Shown here in pieces: positions 12,296 through 25,700 of a stretch of DNA of 32,000 nt. Every line of letters begins with the position of its first letter. Position 1 is the first letter of the stretch. The stretch lies in the NCBI GenBank assembly GCA_054661495.1, contig BAAFSQ010000040.1, positions 1 to 32,000 on the forward strand, read 5' to 3'. The notes below the pieces were generated by a model that was not told the DNA's origin, did not search any database, and worked only from the letters and a program-made list of their open reading frames with translations. The DNA comes from Zygophlyctis sp. KS116. Its lineage: Eukaryota > Fungi > Chytridiomycota. The translations under genes and the position numbers were made by a program.

Positions 12296-14667
12296 TTAAG
12301 GTTCAGAGGATGGATCTATGCATATGAATATCACTATTCCATCAACTTTGAAGCGTTTATCCATTGGCAGGCCTGGGATTGAAACAAGTTCTTTATTCTT
12401 AGGATCAAACTTCAGAATTAATTTGTTTGCAAGATGTGGGTTTCGCTTTACACACACTTTGAATTCTTTCCATCGATTTTTTGGTCCATCTTTACTAATT
12501 TGTCTTGTAAATACTAAATGAATCACAGAGTTTTTAGGAACACGGGCTAGAATTTCTTTAATGTCCTTGAAGGAAATATTCGCACTCTTATAAGCGCATT
12601 CACCCGAAAGAATTCGCTTCTCCTTATCAAAGGGAAAAGGATCTGTTTGAAAAGAGATTCTATCATTGATAAGAGTACGTTTTAGATTGCAAAAATTGTA
12701 ATTGTAATCTAAAAGCTCCTCTGGCCATGGGACTGACGGTGCAGATAGAAAAGGTATTACAATTTTACTGAAGTTCTCATAGCGATTATCTAGGCATGAT
12801 AAGCTAAACGAAGAGGATTCTAAACATTCCAATTCATAGAGAACATTTGATAAAAAAGCTCCAAATTCGATACCATTCAATCCTTCATAATGACTGCATA
12901 AAGATAATATAGCCGTTGTAATAACATTCAATTTAGGACGTGTGAAGCAGAAGTCTTGAGGGTCCTCGAATCGCATATTTAAGTCGCCCCACTCTCTTGA
13001 ATCTAAAAAGTAATTCGATCGCATTTCGCTATTCCTTGTTTCTTGAATGTCCATAAAACTTTTCTTAAATGGAATTCTGTTTGTCGTATTTGGTTCACAA
13101 ATAGGAAAGTACCCCTTGTTTCCCATAAGACACAAGAAAAGAATAATATCTTCTTTTGGATTAGGGAATGAGAGAGATGGAGACCAGGTTCCCATTCCAT
13201 CTATTTTGCAAATGATTTCATAAGCGTTCTGCAACATAGAGGGTGCGCCTTCCACTAGATTAGCAAAGTGGGAGCGGCTGACCATATTCAGTGAATGAAC
13301 ATTACATACTATGTTATTGATTCCCAATAATAAGCAGATCTGTCCAAACCCAAAACGCTGCCTATAATTCATTTTCAGCTGATGAATTTTATTGCCTACG
13401 GAACCCAAAACTTGAGAAATATCCAAGCTAGAATCAGCTTGTAAGGTTTGTTTAAAAATACTAGAGAATAAAGGCCGGCTATTATTAAGAAGATAGCTTT
13501 CAAATTTTGTAAAAGTGTCTGGGAATAGATTCAGCACTTTTGGAAATGTAGAAAAAACTTTACACCAGTCTACACGCACATTCTCACCTCTTGAATAACC
13601 GACCTTTACCAAATTTGCGCCAGAACAACTATTAGAGCTACAGATAGCGACTAAATTCAAATATCGAAATACATTCCGCATAAAGCGTAAATAGTTGAAA
13701 TTCTCTGCTTCTCGCTGAGGAAATTCATCTAGAAACATTACAATTTTTGGTGAATCCGGTCCATTTTCTTTCAGGTAGTTATAAATTGTTTTTGAGCTCT
13801 CTGTCAAAGTCATTGGCTTGAACCTATTTTTTCCAGTAATTAGAGACACAATAAATCCAAAAGTATGACCAGAAGCAAAAGCTATGCTAAACTTAGGATT
13901 ATCTAAGTCTGTTTGAATACATTGAAGAAATTGTGCAGACATCTTGTGATATCTTTTCTGTATAGGATTTTCTGTTTTTCCTAAATTGGAGCATACAAAA
14001 TAGTATACTATCAAGTCTTTTCTATTCATCAATGTGAAAGCCATTTGAGTTTTGCCCATTCCTGAAGATCCATGGAGAAAAATAAACGGAAAGTTGTAAT
14101 CATTCTCAATATAATACGTTCTTTTATCATCCCAAATTTTGATTCCATCAACCAGATTCTGAGTATTCTCATCTTTCACCAATTGAGAGCCAATTTTCAT
14201 GTACTGATCATAATGAGCATCATTTTCAGGATCTGTATCCAGAGCAACTAAAAATTATAAATAAAACTCTGACCATCCATAAACTCTGTCATTTCATAAT
14301 CTTTTAAAGTAACAATCAGAGCATCATCTTCAGTTTCTCCAAGACGATCCAGTTGACCAGAGGACTTTAACGGCCCTTCCTGTGATAAGATCATGGCTTG
14401 ATTTACCTTTCCTATATCAGCATCTCTCTTATCAAACGAATCCTTGTTCTTGTAGACTCTCAGCTGAGAAGCATGCACAGAGGAGAGTTTGTTGGGATAC
14501 TCGGCCTTGACAGCATATTTAAACTCATTAACATCGGCTAATGAAGAGCGCAGAACAGAAGAAACACTGGTTCCCTTGAACGGCTTATCAGTATAAGAGT
14601 CATAGAGATGAAACCAGATTAGATTACGATCAGTAGATATGTTTCTAGAAAACTTTCTTTTAGTCAT
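12296..14667 (-). CDS. Crinkler (CRN/CR)-like protein: N-terminal ubiquitin-like header, P-loop NTPase and degenerate REase-like C-terminus
   Basis: ATG 14667 (MTKRKF...IWFHLYDSYTDKPFKGTSVSSV...EFKYAVKAEYPNKLSSVHASQLRVYKNK...PLKSS...LGETEDDALIV) resembles a CRN header. Removing introns 14380-14406 and 14248-14273 joins it in frame to the 634-aa ORF, which has Walker A GSSGMGKT and Walker B VMFLDEF. Confidence 0.75.
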
Positions 14668-14786
14668 GGACTTTACTGTTTGGCTGACAAATGTAAAAAA
14701 CATGACCCTTGCTAAGTAGACGCTAGGTCCCGTAGCAAGGATCGGACAGTCGTGCGTGGTTTTTAAGGGTCTGGTTAGTTGCGCCC

Positions 14787-14794
14787 ACGCGAAA
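14787..14794 (+). promoter_or_regulatory. Putative SCB/MCB/E2F-like G1/S element ACGCGAAA upstream of DBF4
   Basis: Matches the SCB consensus CRCGAAA and contains the ACGCG core. It lies 4 nt before the DBF4 ATG in a CpG-rich 131-bp divergent spacer. Confidence 0.45.
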
Positions 14795-14798
14795 GTCC

Positions 14799-16769
14799 AT
14801 GCTAACAATTCCAAAGGCCAAACTCTACGCTGCATCAGAGTTGGTAAAGGAAAATGCAAATCCTTTCAACGTTGACAAGAATAAAATTAAAAATCTAGCA
14901 CCGGCAGCAAAGGCAAAACTAGAAAACTTTCTCGTAAACTTTAATACTTTTGTCATTTACTTTGATCCAAGCGTAGATCTTTCAAAATGTCCTACTATGC
15001 TCAAAGGAATACGCGAACTTCAAGGAACAGTCGCTCCGTTTATGAGAAAAGGCCTAACTCACTATATAATACCAAATAATGTAATTTTAAATTCTAATGG
15101 AAAGCATTTAGCATCATCAAACAAAAATTCAGATAAATTATCAACTGCAAAAAAATTAGGACTGGTTATTTGGAATATTTCTAGTAATTTTAAAATTTAA
15201 TCAGTCTAGAATTGGAAAAAATTATTGCAATTTGCTTAGAGTTGAAAAATGAACCAAAGCCACTCAAAGAGATTTTAAGGGATGAACGAATTTTTGGTCC
15301 GTCAACTTCAAGGGATAAAGGGAAACGTTCAGGTTGTAAAGTGCCGTTTAAAGGGAATTTTTTAATGATTGAAGAAATGTCAGGAAAATATAAACCTGTA
15401 GCAGTCAAGGAATTTGAAAAAGAAGCCTGGCCATTATTACAATTTGGAAATTCAATAGGGAAATGTGCATTCATTAAAGAATCAAAAAAAATAATTTCAG
15501 AGGATGAAAAGTCTGATCAATTGGAAAAATTAAATGCTTTTGAGTATTATCATAAGAAAATTTCAGAAATATTAAGAGATGATTCTGTTATTGTACCAGA
15601 TATACCAGGGGATGATCGCTTTTTAAATTTAAATTCTGCGCCTTTAAATGAAATGCAGGAATTTGAAGAGTATGCAAAGGCTAAATTAGATCTTTATGAA
15701 AAAATTAAACAGGATCCTAAAACTGTTTTTCAAAATTCTGCTGCTTCTGGATTGGTCTCTGGATCTGTTGCTGCTCTAGCTCTAAAAAGAGATATGACCA
15801 AAGATCCTCGGGTTGCTTATTTAGGGACTAGAGTTGTATCATTAGTCAAGGATTCAAAAGTGAAAAATGATGCTACAGAGCGCATCGTACCAGGTAAATC
15901 ATTTTATAATAGACCGGGATATTGTGAAAACTGTGGGGTTAAGTATAACCGTTTTTATGAAGTACCATCAGTTTATTTTAAAAATAGCATGTACGTAGTC
16001 GTCAGCATAAATATTGGGCAAGACAGACTGCAAACTATAAGGACTTGGATACCCTCTTTGCAGAAATGCAAAGAGATACTTTGACCGAACCAATTTCATC
16101 TGAACCGTCTTCATTTGACAATAATGTGGATATTGAAGCTCTTAATGCGGATATTTATGATAGTAATGAAGAATATCCTTTCAGTCGAGACATTCCCCCG
16201 TCAATAGACATGTCCAAAAATGACAAAAAAGGTTTTACCTCTGGTATCAGACTTTATTGCTAATATTATCAGAAGAGAATCAAAATGATGTTCAGAAAAG
16301 TAGCGAAGAAAATTGTGTTCTCACTCTTTTGAATGGGAAGAAAATTGAAAGAGAAGATGATTTGATTCGCACGCAAGGAAATCAGACTGAACCGCTAGAA
16401 GCCAAATTCTCTCATCATTCCCTACATTTGGAGTATCAGTACGGAGACACAAGTTGTGGATCGCAACTCCATGCTACTACTTTTAACGAATCAGCACAAG
16501 TAATATTATTCCCTATCTCTAATATTTAGAACAAACTGGATGGGAAGGATTGGGTACCTGTGAAAATGACTCGTCGTAGGACTAAAGAAGAGCATTTGAT
16601 TCTGAATCCATTAGAAGAGCCCTCTGTTAAAGATACGCAGCCAATCGGATTAAAGAGATCGACGAATAATTTGGGATCTGGCAAAAAGAAAAGAAAAACT
16701 AAGAAATCCGTCCGAGAAATTCCATATTCTCTTCGCCATCGAAAGAATCCTAAAGCACGCAGTAAATAA
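14799..16769 (+). CDS. DBF4: Dbf4/Dfp1/Him1 regulatory subunit of Cdc7 kinase (DDK)
   Basis: BRCT-like motif N (FVIYFD...GIRELQGTVAPF...LTHYI...AKKLGLVIW), motif M (PFKGNFLMIEEMSGKYKPVAVKEF...WP) and motif C zinc finger (PGYCENCGVKYNRFYE|HVRSRQH). Introns 15184-15209, 15962-15987, 16244-16272 and 16500-16529. Confidence 0.88.
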
Positions 16770-16794
16770 AATCTTTATTCATAAAACCTATTTT

Positions 16795-19700
16795 TTAACC
16801 CAAAGAAGCGAGAACGGCTGTTCCTCTTCTAATGAAAAAATCGGAATCAAACGCCTTAAGCTCTAAAGAAATTATAAATGAAGGCCGTTCCCTGATATAA
16901 GCAAATATATATATACCTTGTTCCAGATCTAACTGGGTAGTAATAAAGCGGACAAACATATGTTCCTTTTGCAGGCTTCTTTTTGGCCTCTACGGGTCTA
17001 AATAATATGGGAGGTAAAACAGATATTAATTCCATCGGTCTGGGCTCTTTAAGACAACCATTTTTACGATCCCAACTAGCGCCTTCCAAATACAAGTTCT
17101 TGATTAAAATTCCATCTTTTTCATTAGAATAGGACGGAATATCATCTTCCGATTGAAGAACGGTAAACTCCATTGAAAGTTGATCGATAGGAACGTTATT
17201 TTTACGTGCTGATTTTTGCAATATCGCCGTAAGGAACCCGGTTGGAAAGGTGAAAGCGGCCAGCCAATGCACTTTGGGCTCTCCACTATGTTTAAGAATA
17301 CTAAAAATAATTACCATTTTACCCAGTTGCTAAAATATTCTATTCTCTGAATTAAATCTCTTGTCCATGCTGCCAAGCCTTTTAAAGAAGGGAACGTCTT
17401 ACTCCAAGAAACTGGAACTCTTCCTTCAAATATCGCTGAAAATGAATCCTCTAAATCCGAGGTCAAAACAATTATTCCTTTCACCGCTTTTTGTAGGTCT
17501 GCAAGAGACTTCCTTATTTTGTCAAGCAGTTCATTATAACGAGAGATTTCTTGGAGAAGAACCACATTCAGTGGATTCATATCATGTTTAACGGATTTAT
17601 AAGTCGCCTCATAATCGATATTCTCGGGCATTTTTTTGAGAATATCTAAACACACATTGTATACTTTCGTTTCTCGGGTTTCTCCTCCATTTATAGATAT
17701 CTGGGGCTGCAACATAAGCAAGCTTTGTAGAATTTTGCCTGATTCCCGAATCTGACTGGCTATATCGGCGTTCCCATGTTGACCAAAAACATCTGGCTTA
17801 TCAAAAGAAGGAAGTCCAGTCACATATTCTCGATAACCTTGTAGATCGACGACATCTGGAATATAATAAATAGAAGAAGAAGACATGAGGTATTGGGGAG
17901 TTTTTACCGCTTCATCTGTAAAATAGTGATTAATATAGCTGCGTAGTATTCTTCTATCCCAGTCATCAGTAACCCTACCGCCATAATTGGCCTCTGCGAT
18001 CAAATATTTCATTGCTTCCCATGGTATTTCCTGATATTCCTCCAGTAGAACAACGAGTACATTTTCACATATTTCGAAATCAGAATCATTAAAGTCACAG
18101 ACCACGTTCCATCCAAGAGTTAAAAACTTTTTTCTTTCAACAAGAACGTTGTGGAAAAAGCATAATGAGAATAATAATTTTTTATACACTTCGGATTTTT
18201 GACACCTTTCAAAAGATTCTTCCGTCACTAAATTGCTGTATAGACGGCTAAGATTGGCCTTTAATCCTTTAGGTGGTTCAGTGGTCATTTTAAGACTAGC
18301 TTGAAGAATAGAAATTGGAAACTGTGGATGAGGACTAGATGATAACCACAATCTAAAATCTTTGTGAGGATTTGATGATGGTATGCCTTCAATAAGTTTC
18401 TCCAAAGTAGGCATAAAACTGATTGATAAATGACAGTTGGCCAAAAATACCCAATACCCATTTACTATACCATCCTGAAGCATTTTTACTGCCTTGGGTG
18501 CTTGGCCTTGACCCAAAGCAATATAGTGGAATTTGTCTCCCATTCCTTGTCGTTGCGCCAATTGAACTAATGAAGACGTGGGATCAACACCAGGAGATAA
18601 AACAAATACCAGAGGAGTTCTAGGCGAAGAATCTGCCAAAACATCGGCAACATCTAATATTGGCGGTTCCACAAACTTTTGACCTAAATTGTTGATCACA
18701 AAAGTTTGGGCACAAAAAAGAGCACGATCTGGCCGAATACAACGAATAATGACCATTTTTTGGAGGTCATTAATTTTGGAATCCCACTCTCCAGGTAAAG
18801 CAATTAGATCAGGTTCTCCAGTCATAAACCAGTTCTTCCAATCTCGTTCATTTTGTTCGATAGAGTTGAGAATTCCACTAAACGCCGCATGCTTATCAAG
18901 CTCCGTAATGTTATCCCATGCCGCTTCGTTAAGCCTATTTATAAATTCATTGATAATCCTACCATTCCAGATGATTAATCGGTTGCGAATCACGGTCCAG
19001 GACTTGTCCTCCTCTCAAAAAGAAATCATATTCTCCTCGACTAAGTTTTCCGGCTTCTTCCAGAATTTTCACAGTCATTTGAAGAGAAAAAAGGAGTTTA
19101 TGTTCTTCAAATAATCCTCTGCATGTATTCTTATATACAGAATATGTATGATATTGATTTAGACTGATATTGCGCTCGGCTGCATTTTCAAATTTCTTAC
19201 TTTTTGCAATTGAAATTTCAAAAAGCTCAATGTATGCTTCTAATGAAAACTGATACATGGGATCTAGGGAAGCCATATCGTTCAGAACGAAAAATAGAAT
19301 ACTAGCTCTTTGAGCACTTGAACGATATCCTTCTCTCGCCGCATCGATTCTTTTCTCTGTTTGTTCACTTACACCCAACTGATGGGTAACTTCTTCTGCA
19401 ATCGACTTTGATGACTGAAGAGTATTGACTAACTTCTCGTCGTCTAAAAGCGACCCCTGAGCTGTAGATAAAAGGAACAAAATTTCATCCTCGAGTTCAA
19501 CCAACTTTTTCTTTGCACTTGCGACATTAATTACAAGGGCATTTTTTTGTTCTTCTAGATCAGGTTTTTCTCTGCGCACAACTATACCGAGTAGCTGATC
19601 TTCTAAGCCCTTTTCTTTCACAGCAAAATTAATTATAGTAGCTTTAGCAAATATTTCAGGCGCATACTTTGGGTTGGGAAGCTTAGTTGTCATATAGAAT

Positions 19701-22700
19701 TTAAATTCTGGATTGAATTCTACATCTTTATCGCCTAATTTAATCGTTAGAAGTCCCCCTTTTTTAACTATAGATTTGTTCAAAATTGGATCCAAAGCTG
19801 GGTCAATCACTTCTGAAATATTTTGAAGAAGAACAGGAGATCCAAATTGTATGGCATTCTCCATAGTTCTCATATAATCGGCCTGTTTAAGATCTATTAC
19901 CTTTAAATCACGCTTTGCCTCCATTCGCTTAATCCATTTATTAGCTTGGCCTTGAGGGTCGATCATCAAAGGCCATCTCCGACCTCTAGTAACTATCAAA
20001 CCGTTTTCGGAAGAAAATTCATCGCTAGGCAGCCCTTGAATATTCCATTCTCTAATATCAGTAGCTTTTCCTAAGAAAGAATCGAATGAAAAATTAGTTG
20101 TGAAAGGGATATCTGATGATAAGTAAAAAATAATCACCTAGCGTTCTGATTTGAGTTAACCAAACATTTCGCATTAAATGCTGCCTGTACGACGTATTGA
20201 ATGGACCTGCATATGATAAAAATGCCGCAGCTAGCAGGCAATCTCCAGTCAAATACTGTATCGATTCATCCAATTTTTTGATGCTGGATTCCCACCTTAC
20301 TTTCTCTCCTGATAATCCTGAAACGAGTTTCTCAGCTCGAGTAAGCTTCAATTCAGTTATTTCAGACTCCTTTCGAAGTTTTTCCTTCAGAGAAACCTTG
20401 TCATCGTACTGATTTTTCAAATCATTTAGCTTTTGCTGAATTTCATCAAGCCGATTTTTCGCTTCTTTCAAAGTCTTCTGCTTCTTGTCCAACGTCTCCT
20501 GAGCGACTCTTAGCTTTTCCTTCTTAGGAGCCACCTGTCTAGATATTATCCCATATGTTTCCATTGCTCGAACCCACATACAAAGAGATTTAGCTGCGCC
20601 AGAAACTCGACCAACAATGTCAGGCTGGAAGTTTTCATCAGCACAAAATTGACTTGTTCTTTTTAAGATTTTGTCTGATATGTTATCTTTATCAAAAGTC
20701 ATAAGCTGTTTTAAGAAATAAGGATTTCCTAGCTGTCTCTTCGCTTCATCCCAGGTAGGTTCACATTTTTTCAAAACCATAACTGCCTCCAGAACTCTTT
20801 CAACTAAAGGAGGCGGCTTCGCATATGACTTGAGCTCATTCAAATCCTTCTTATTAATTGAATCCAGAGCTTTAACTGCAGCATTAAGAGCGGGGAGCGC
20901 CTGATCTAAATCTGCCTGCGCACTGTCAGCAACAGCTCTGACTTCTTCTTCTTCGACAGTTAATTTTTCTGTTTTAGCAGCAACGCCTTTCGCCTGTTCA
21001 TCAGCTTCTCTTTTTTGCTGAACAATCACAACTAAATAATCCTCACATTGCTTTTGAAACTGAGCAACTTGTTTTTTAGCCACCTATCAAATTCTTTAAG
21101 AACGAAAACTACCTCTAACTCTATTGATATTTTCTGGACACTCTCTCTAGTATCATCTAGTTTGCTCAGTCCATTCCTTAATTTTTTAGCGGCATTACCC
21201 ATCTCAGTTTTCTTTTCAGAAAGTAGTCCTCTATATCCATTTACAAGTTCTAGATAATTTATCGGGGTTACGCAATTATATCTTTTAAGTTCTGAATACA
21301 TTCGAGCTGAGTTTTCTGCGACTGAAAGGTGAATATTAACGAACATTTGAGAAACACTTTTCCTCATTGAATCTGAGCCAATATCAAAGCCGTCTAAATA
21401 TTTCATCGCAACTTCTAGTAAAGCATCATCAGGCCATTCACTAAACCAATCAATAGTCGTGCAATTAACTAACGATGGAAACATACGCAAACGTGTTCTA
21501 AAAGCTTCGCCCACAGGACTCATGCAAAGAACTACATGTAAATTGGTGCGAACTCGTTCAATGAATAGTGCCATAATAGCTTCGTCTGTAACTCGATCAC
21601 CTTTGATGTTGACTTGAAGAGCTTGTTTTATCTCCGATGCTTCATCATTTGAAAATAGATTTGGGACTTCTCCAGTACTTAAAATATTACCGATATCTTC
21701 TAAGAAATGATTAGATACAATCTGAGAATCTGTAATCAAAAAAGTAGTTGATTTGTTCTCAACGCCCGCTTGCCGGTATAACTTTTTGAGATCTTCCCTG
21801 AACTCTATATGTCTATAATATTTGGTAATCTTGATTTGGAAAACTGATGATTGCACTAAATATGCAGCTAACCTCGCCAAACTTTGCCTTCCGCTTCCTC
21901 CTACACCAACAAGGAGAACATTACCATTTAACAAACGCAGGATCCTAGCAATTCTTAAGATATGACCTATCGCGTCATTGAATAGAACTAGGTTAAGTTG
22001 AACATATCCGGGCTCGGAATTATATTCCTCGAGTTTATCATTCATAAAAACTTTAAGTTTTTCATGGTCCGCAACTTCCTCATAAATAGGGCTATCTGGA
22101 TCTCCCATTATATCAGCGAACAATGGAAGCTTTTTTTCACATCCCAGTATATCTAATGAAGTGTTGAAATAATTCGTCAGCTTTTCATTCACCTGGCGCT
22201 TCAAAAATTCACGATCGTCTCTGTCCACCAACCTATCATGAAAAACACGCATCATTTCGTGAATCCATAGCTTAGTCATGGATTCCCTCGAATCATAGTA
22301 TTCTCGATTCGCACGCATAAGGCCCTGTATGACCTTGCTTATATCTCGCAAGTTAAACAAATAATGGGTTTTAGCCGGTGTTGGTAATAGCTGTGCTGCT
22401 ACAATATGATAGATTTCAATTGTGGAGTTAGTTAAAAGCTCTCCTAAAGGCTTAACATCCTCTTCGAAGTCTTGAAGTTTTTGATCCAGGATGGTTTTAA
22501 ACATTCTTTGGACTGATATTTCTTGAGGGAACGTCATGTTTAGAACATTGAACCTCGATTGTATTCTTTGGCTGATAGAATTACGTCCTCCACCTGGGGG
22601 TCCCATAGCAGCGATGATTAGGATATCATTCAGATACTTGACAGACTGTTTAGCTCTATCATATACAAACCCGTAGTCCATCCAGTGACGTATTAATTCA

Positions 22701-25700
22701 AGTGGCGGCTAAATATTTAACAAGAATGTATAAAATACCTGTGAGCCAAAACTATCTTTTTGGGGCATATTAAAATCATCAATAAAAGTTATAAGCTGTT
22801 TACCACCAATAGGAATGTATATGTTCTTTGTTCTCTTCTCTAATTTACTCTCAATCATACTTTGAACAGCATTTGAAGAAGTTTGAGCAGAAGAATTAAT
22901 AAATAAATAATTTGTGCTACAATTCTGATCGATATTAGATGAAAGGACAGTCTGAATAAGTGATGTTTTACCGGTCCCTACGTCTCCGACTAATAGAACG
23001 GGTTTTTTGCATCGTATCAACGACCTGACAATAAATTCATTACGGATCGTATCAATAGTAGGTACAAATATTTTGTAAAAAGGTGTAGTGTTGGAAAATT
23101 TCCATCCAGATTGTAACTTGTTTTCCCATGATTGCCAGTTCTTATTTTGCTTATCCACATAATATTCAAAAACTGTATTTTTACTTGGAAATTGGCCGTC
23201 GATTTCACGCAAAAACATGTCGAATTTCTTTCTGCTTGTCTCAGTTAGTGTCCCTCCGATCGTCCATATAATTGCAAATAGAAGCCACAGTTCAATCATT
23301 TTTGGATATTCTGAAGTATCGGGAACAACGCCATTCTCTTCTGTAGCAACGCAATCAAATAAGGTAAAAAGAGATCGAACGATACTAGCTTCTGAGACAT
23401 AAACTAATTCCATACACGTTTTTTTGAATTCAAGCAAGGTTGGCAGATATCTTTCGATAAGCAACTTGAGAATTTCAGTAGATTGCTTTTGCTCTCTTTT
23501 TTGAAGCCAAGACGCAAAATATGGTTTCCAGCCTAAGTCGGCATAATCCATGTATATCATTCCTACACGGGAAACGGTAGCAGGAGATGCTGTACTTAAG
23601 TTTTCGACTTCGAATAGCAAGGACACTTGCTCTGAAAGTGCAATGCGCTCACCATTAATTAAGGTCAAAACCTTGTTATCATCCAAAACAGTGTTCATGG
23701 ACTCAATCCAGAGTGTATCCACTGGACCATCGAATAAAATCCATTTTTGCTCTTTTTTCTCGTCAGAGCATGCTATTCTCATCACCGACGACAAAATTCC
23801 ATCAGTCCACTCGTTCGTAGATATATTAAACTCTCCATACAGTTCAGCCAAAGAAAGAGATTTTGGATTTAATGGGAATGTTTTGACAGCAGTGTACTTT
23901 TCCGGAAATTTAGAAGACAGTTTTATCAGAGAAGATTGAAGCAATTTCCATACTGTTGTCTTTCCTGAGCCACTCTAAAATTAAATACTTGAAGTGATTA
24001 CCTCTCCCACAATCATCGTACCATGTCTACTTAGTTTTGTTTCAAAAAGCTGAATAACTTTAGAATTGATTCCAGGAACACTTTGCAAGCTTAAAATTTT
24101 CAGCTCTTCTTCTAATACAGCTTCGAATTCAGAATAATCAGATGGCGCAATCTCTACCCCAGGGAATAAATCTGAAAGGATTCCCATGAAGAGCGGAGTA
24201 TCGTCCGCTGTTAACTTAGGAACATTATTGTCCCGCATTGAAATAAATAGTACGGCTTCATCATTAATAAGCATATCCTGTCGTTTTCTCGACCCAGCGC
24301 TGCGCAAAGCCGATGTTAGCGCTCTCAATCCAAAATCATAGTGATCCTGTTTTGAAAGCTGCTGAATCGCCAGCCTATACAGAGTGTCAACCTTTTTAGA
24401 TAGAATCTTGGTATTGGAAAATCCTTCAGCGAAAAGCATGATCTCTGCAATCAGGCATGAATCCGGAACCATCATGGAGACTGGTCTAAAGAGTGCTTTA
24501 AGATTATCTGGCAACTCCACTCGGCCTGCATATCCAGGATTCATTGTAATAAAAATTCCACAACTAGTATTAAGACGAATTTCTTTTCCTTCAAAAGTAA
24601 AAACTTTCTGATTTCTCGAAATGGCGTTCAAAACGCAACTAATTTGCAGAGCTACCACACTTAGAACTTCAATATCTATCCGATTAAACTCATCAAAACA
24701 GCCCCAAGCCCCAGTTTGAGCTAGTCCAGAAAACATTCGCCCAATACTTATATAGTCGAGAGTATCAGAACAATTTTGAACAATTACATATTTGCCCAAA
24801 TTTTTGCCAAGATCTTTAACAGTCTCAGTTTTGCCAGTTCCAGCCGGACCCTGCGGACTTCCACCCCTAAACAAATGCAGAGCAGTCGTCAAAGTCATAT
24901 AGCATCTATCTGTAAGTGGGGTTATTACTAGACGGCCGCTATTCCCGAGATATTCATATCCAAAGCGGAAATGAGTATTGATTTGCTTAATATAACAGTC
25001 TTCATCATCCTTCCCTTCCCTGTCCCAATAGTAACGCAGCTGGCTAAGCCACTCAAATGCAGTGACAGTCTCGCAATGCCCCTTCACCATCTTATCAATG
25101 ACATCTCTGGAATGGACCTCGATAGTTATTAGTGCTATCAACTTCTTTCGTTCGATTTTGGTCAAAGGAGTCTTAACAAGCTCTGCAAGTTTTTTCAGTC
25201 CGCTCATTTGCTTCTTCTTTAACATTTTCAGAGCTGATTTATCACCATTCTCAATCTCGATCAAGGCTTTGGTACAGTCCGAAGTCCATGATATTAAGCT
25301 TGATGTAATCAGTAGCATTCCAGGCCAATCCCGAAGCCACTTATCCCTTTTGGCCTTTTTCATATTTGATAATGTTTGGCCTTTTTCATGAAACGTCTTT
25401 AACATACCTAAGAGCTTCCTTAAGGTGAGTCTCATCATTGATTCAATATCTGTTAACCACATTTCAACAGGAGCTTAATGTCATAAAAATAAAAAAACTT
25501 ACTATCAATCGTAACTGCGTTGGAGAACTGTACATATTCACCATCTCTAAAATTTATTTCATCAAACTTACCCAGAGTGCATACCAACCGCTTCATGCTG
25601 ACGCCTATTATCCGTTCCAGCTAAAAAAAGCTCTAATTTGTACAAATTATCAAAACACTTCTTTAAATGCGGTTGGATAGACATGGGGTCTTTCGCTTGT

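Noticed and set aside
9448-12299. Plus-strand ORFs antisense to GCV2, and similar antisense ORFs across dynein, RAB6 and NRDE2
   Set aside because: Short shadow ORFs of conserved genes with no recognisable motifs.
12230-14798. Transposon boundaries around the CRN-like gene
   Set aside because: No terminal inverted repeats, target-site duplication or Helitron-type end could be seen by eye, so mobility is unsupported directly.
14668-14859. N-terminal extension of the 203-aa ORF overlapping DBF4 antisense
   Set aside because: CRN-like sequence begins only after Met 14667. The extension crosses the promoter and DBF4 start and looks like chance open frame.
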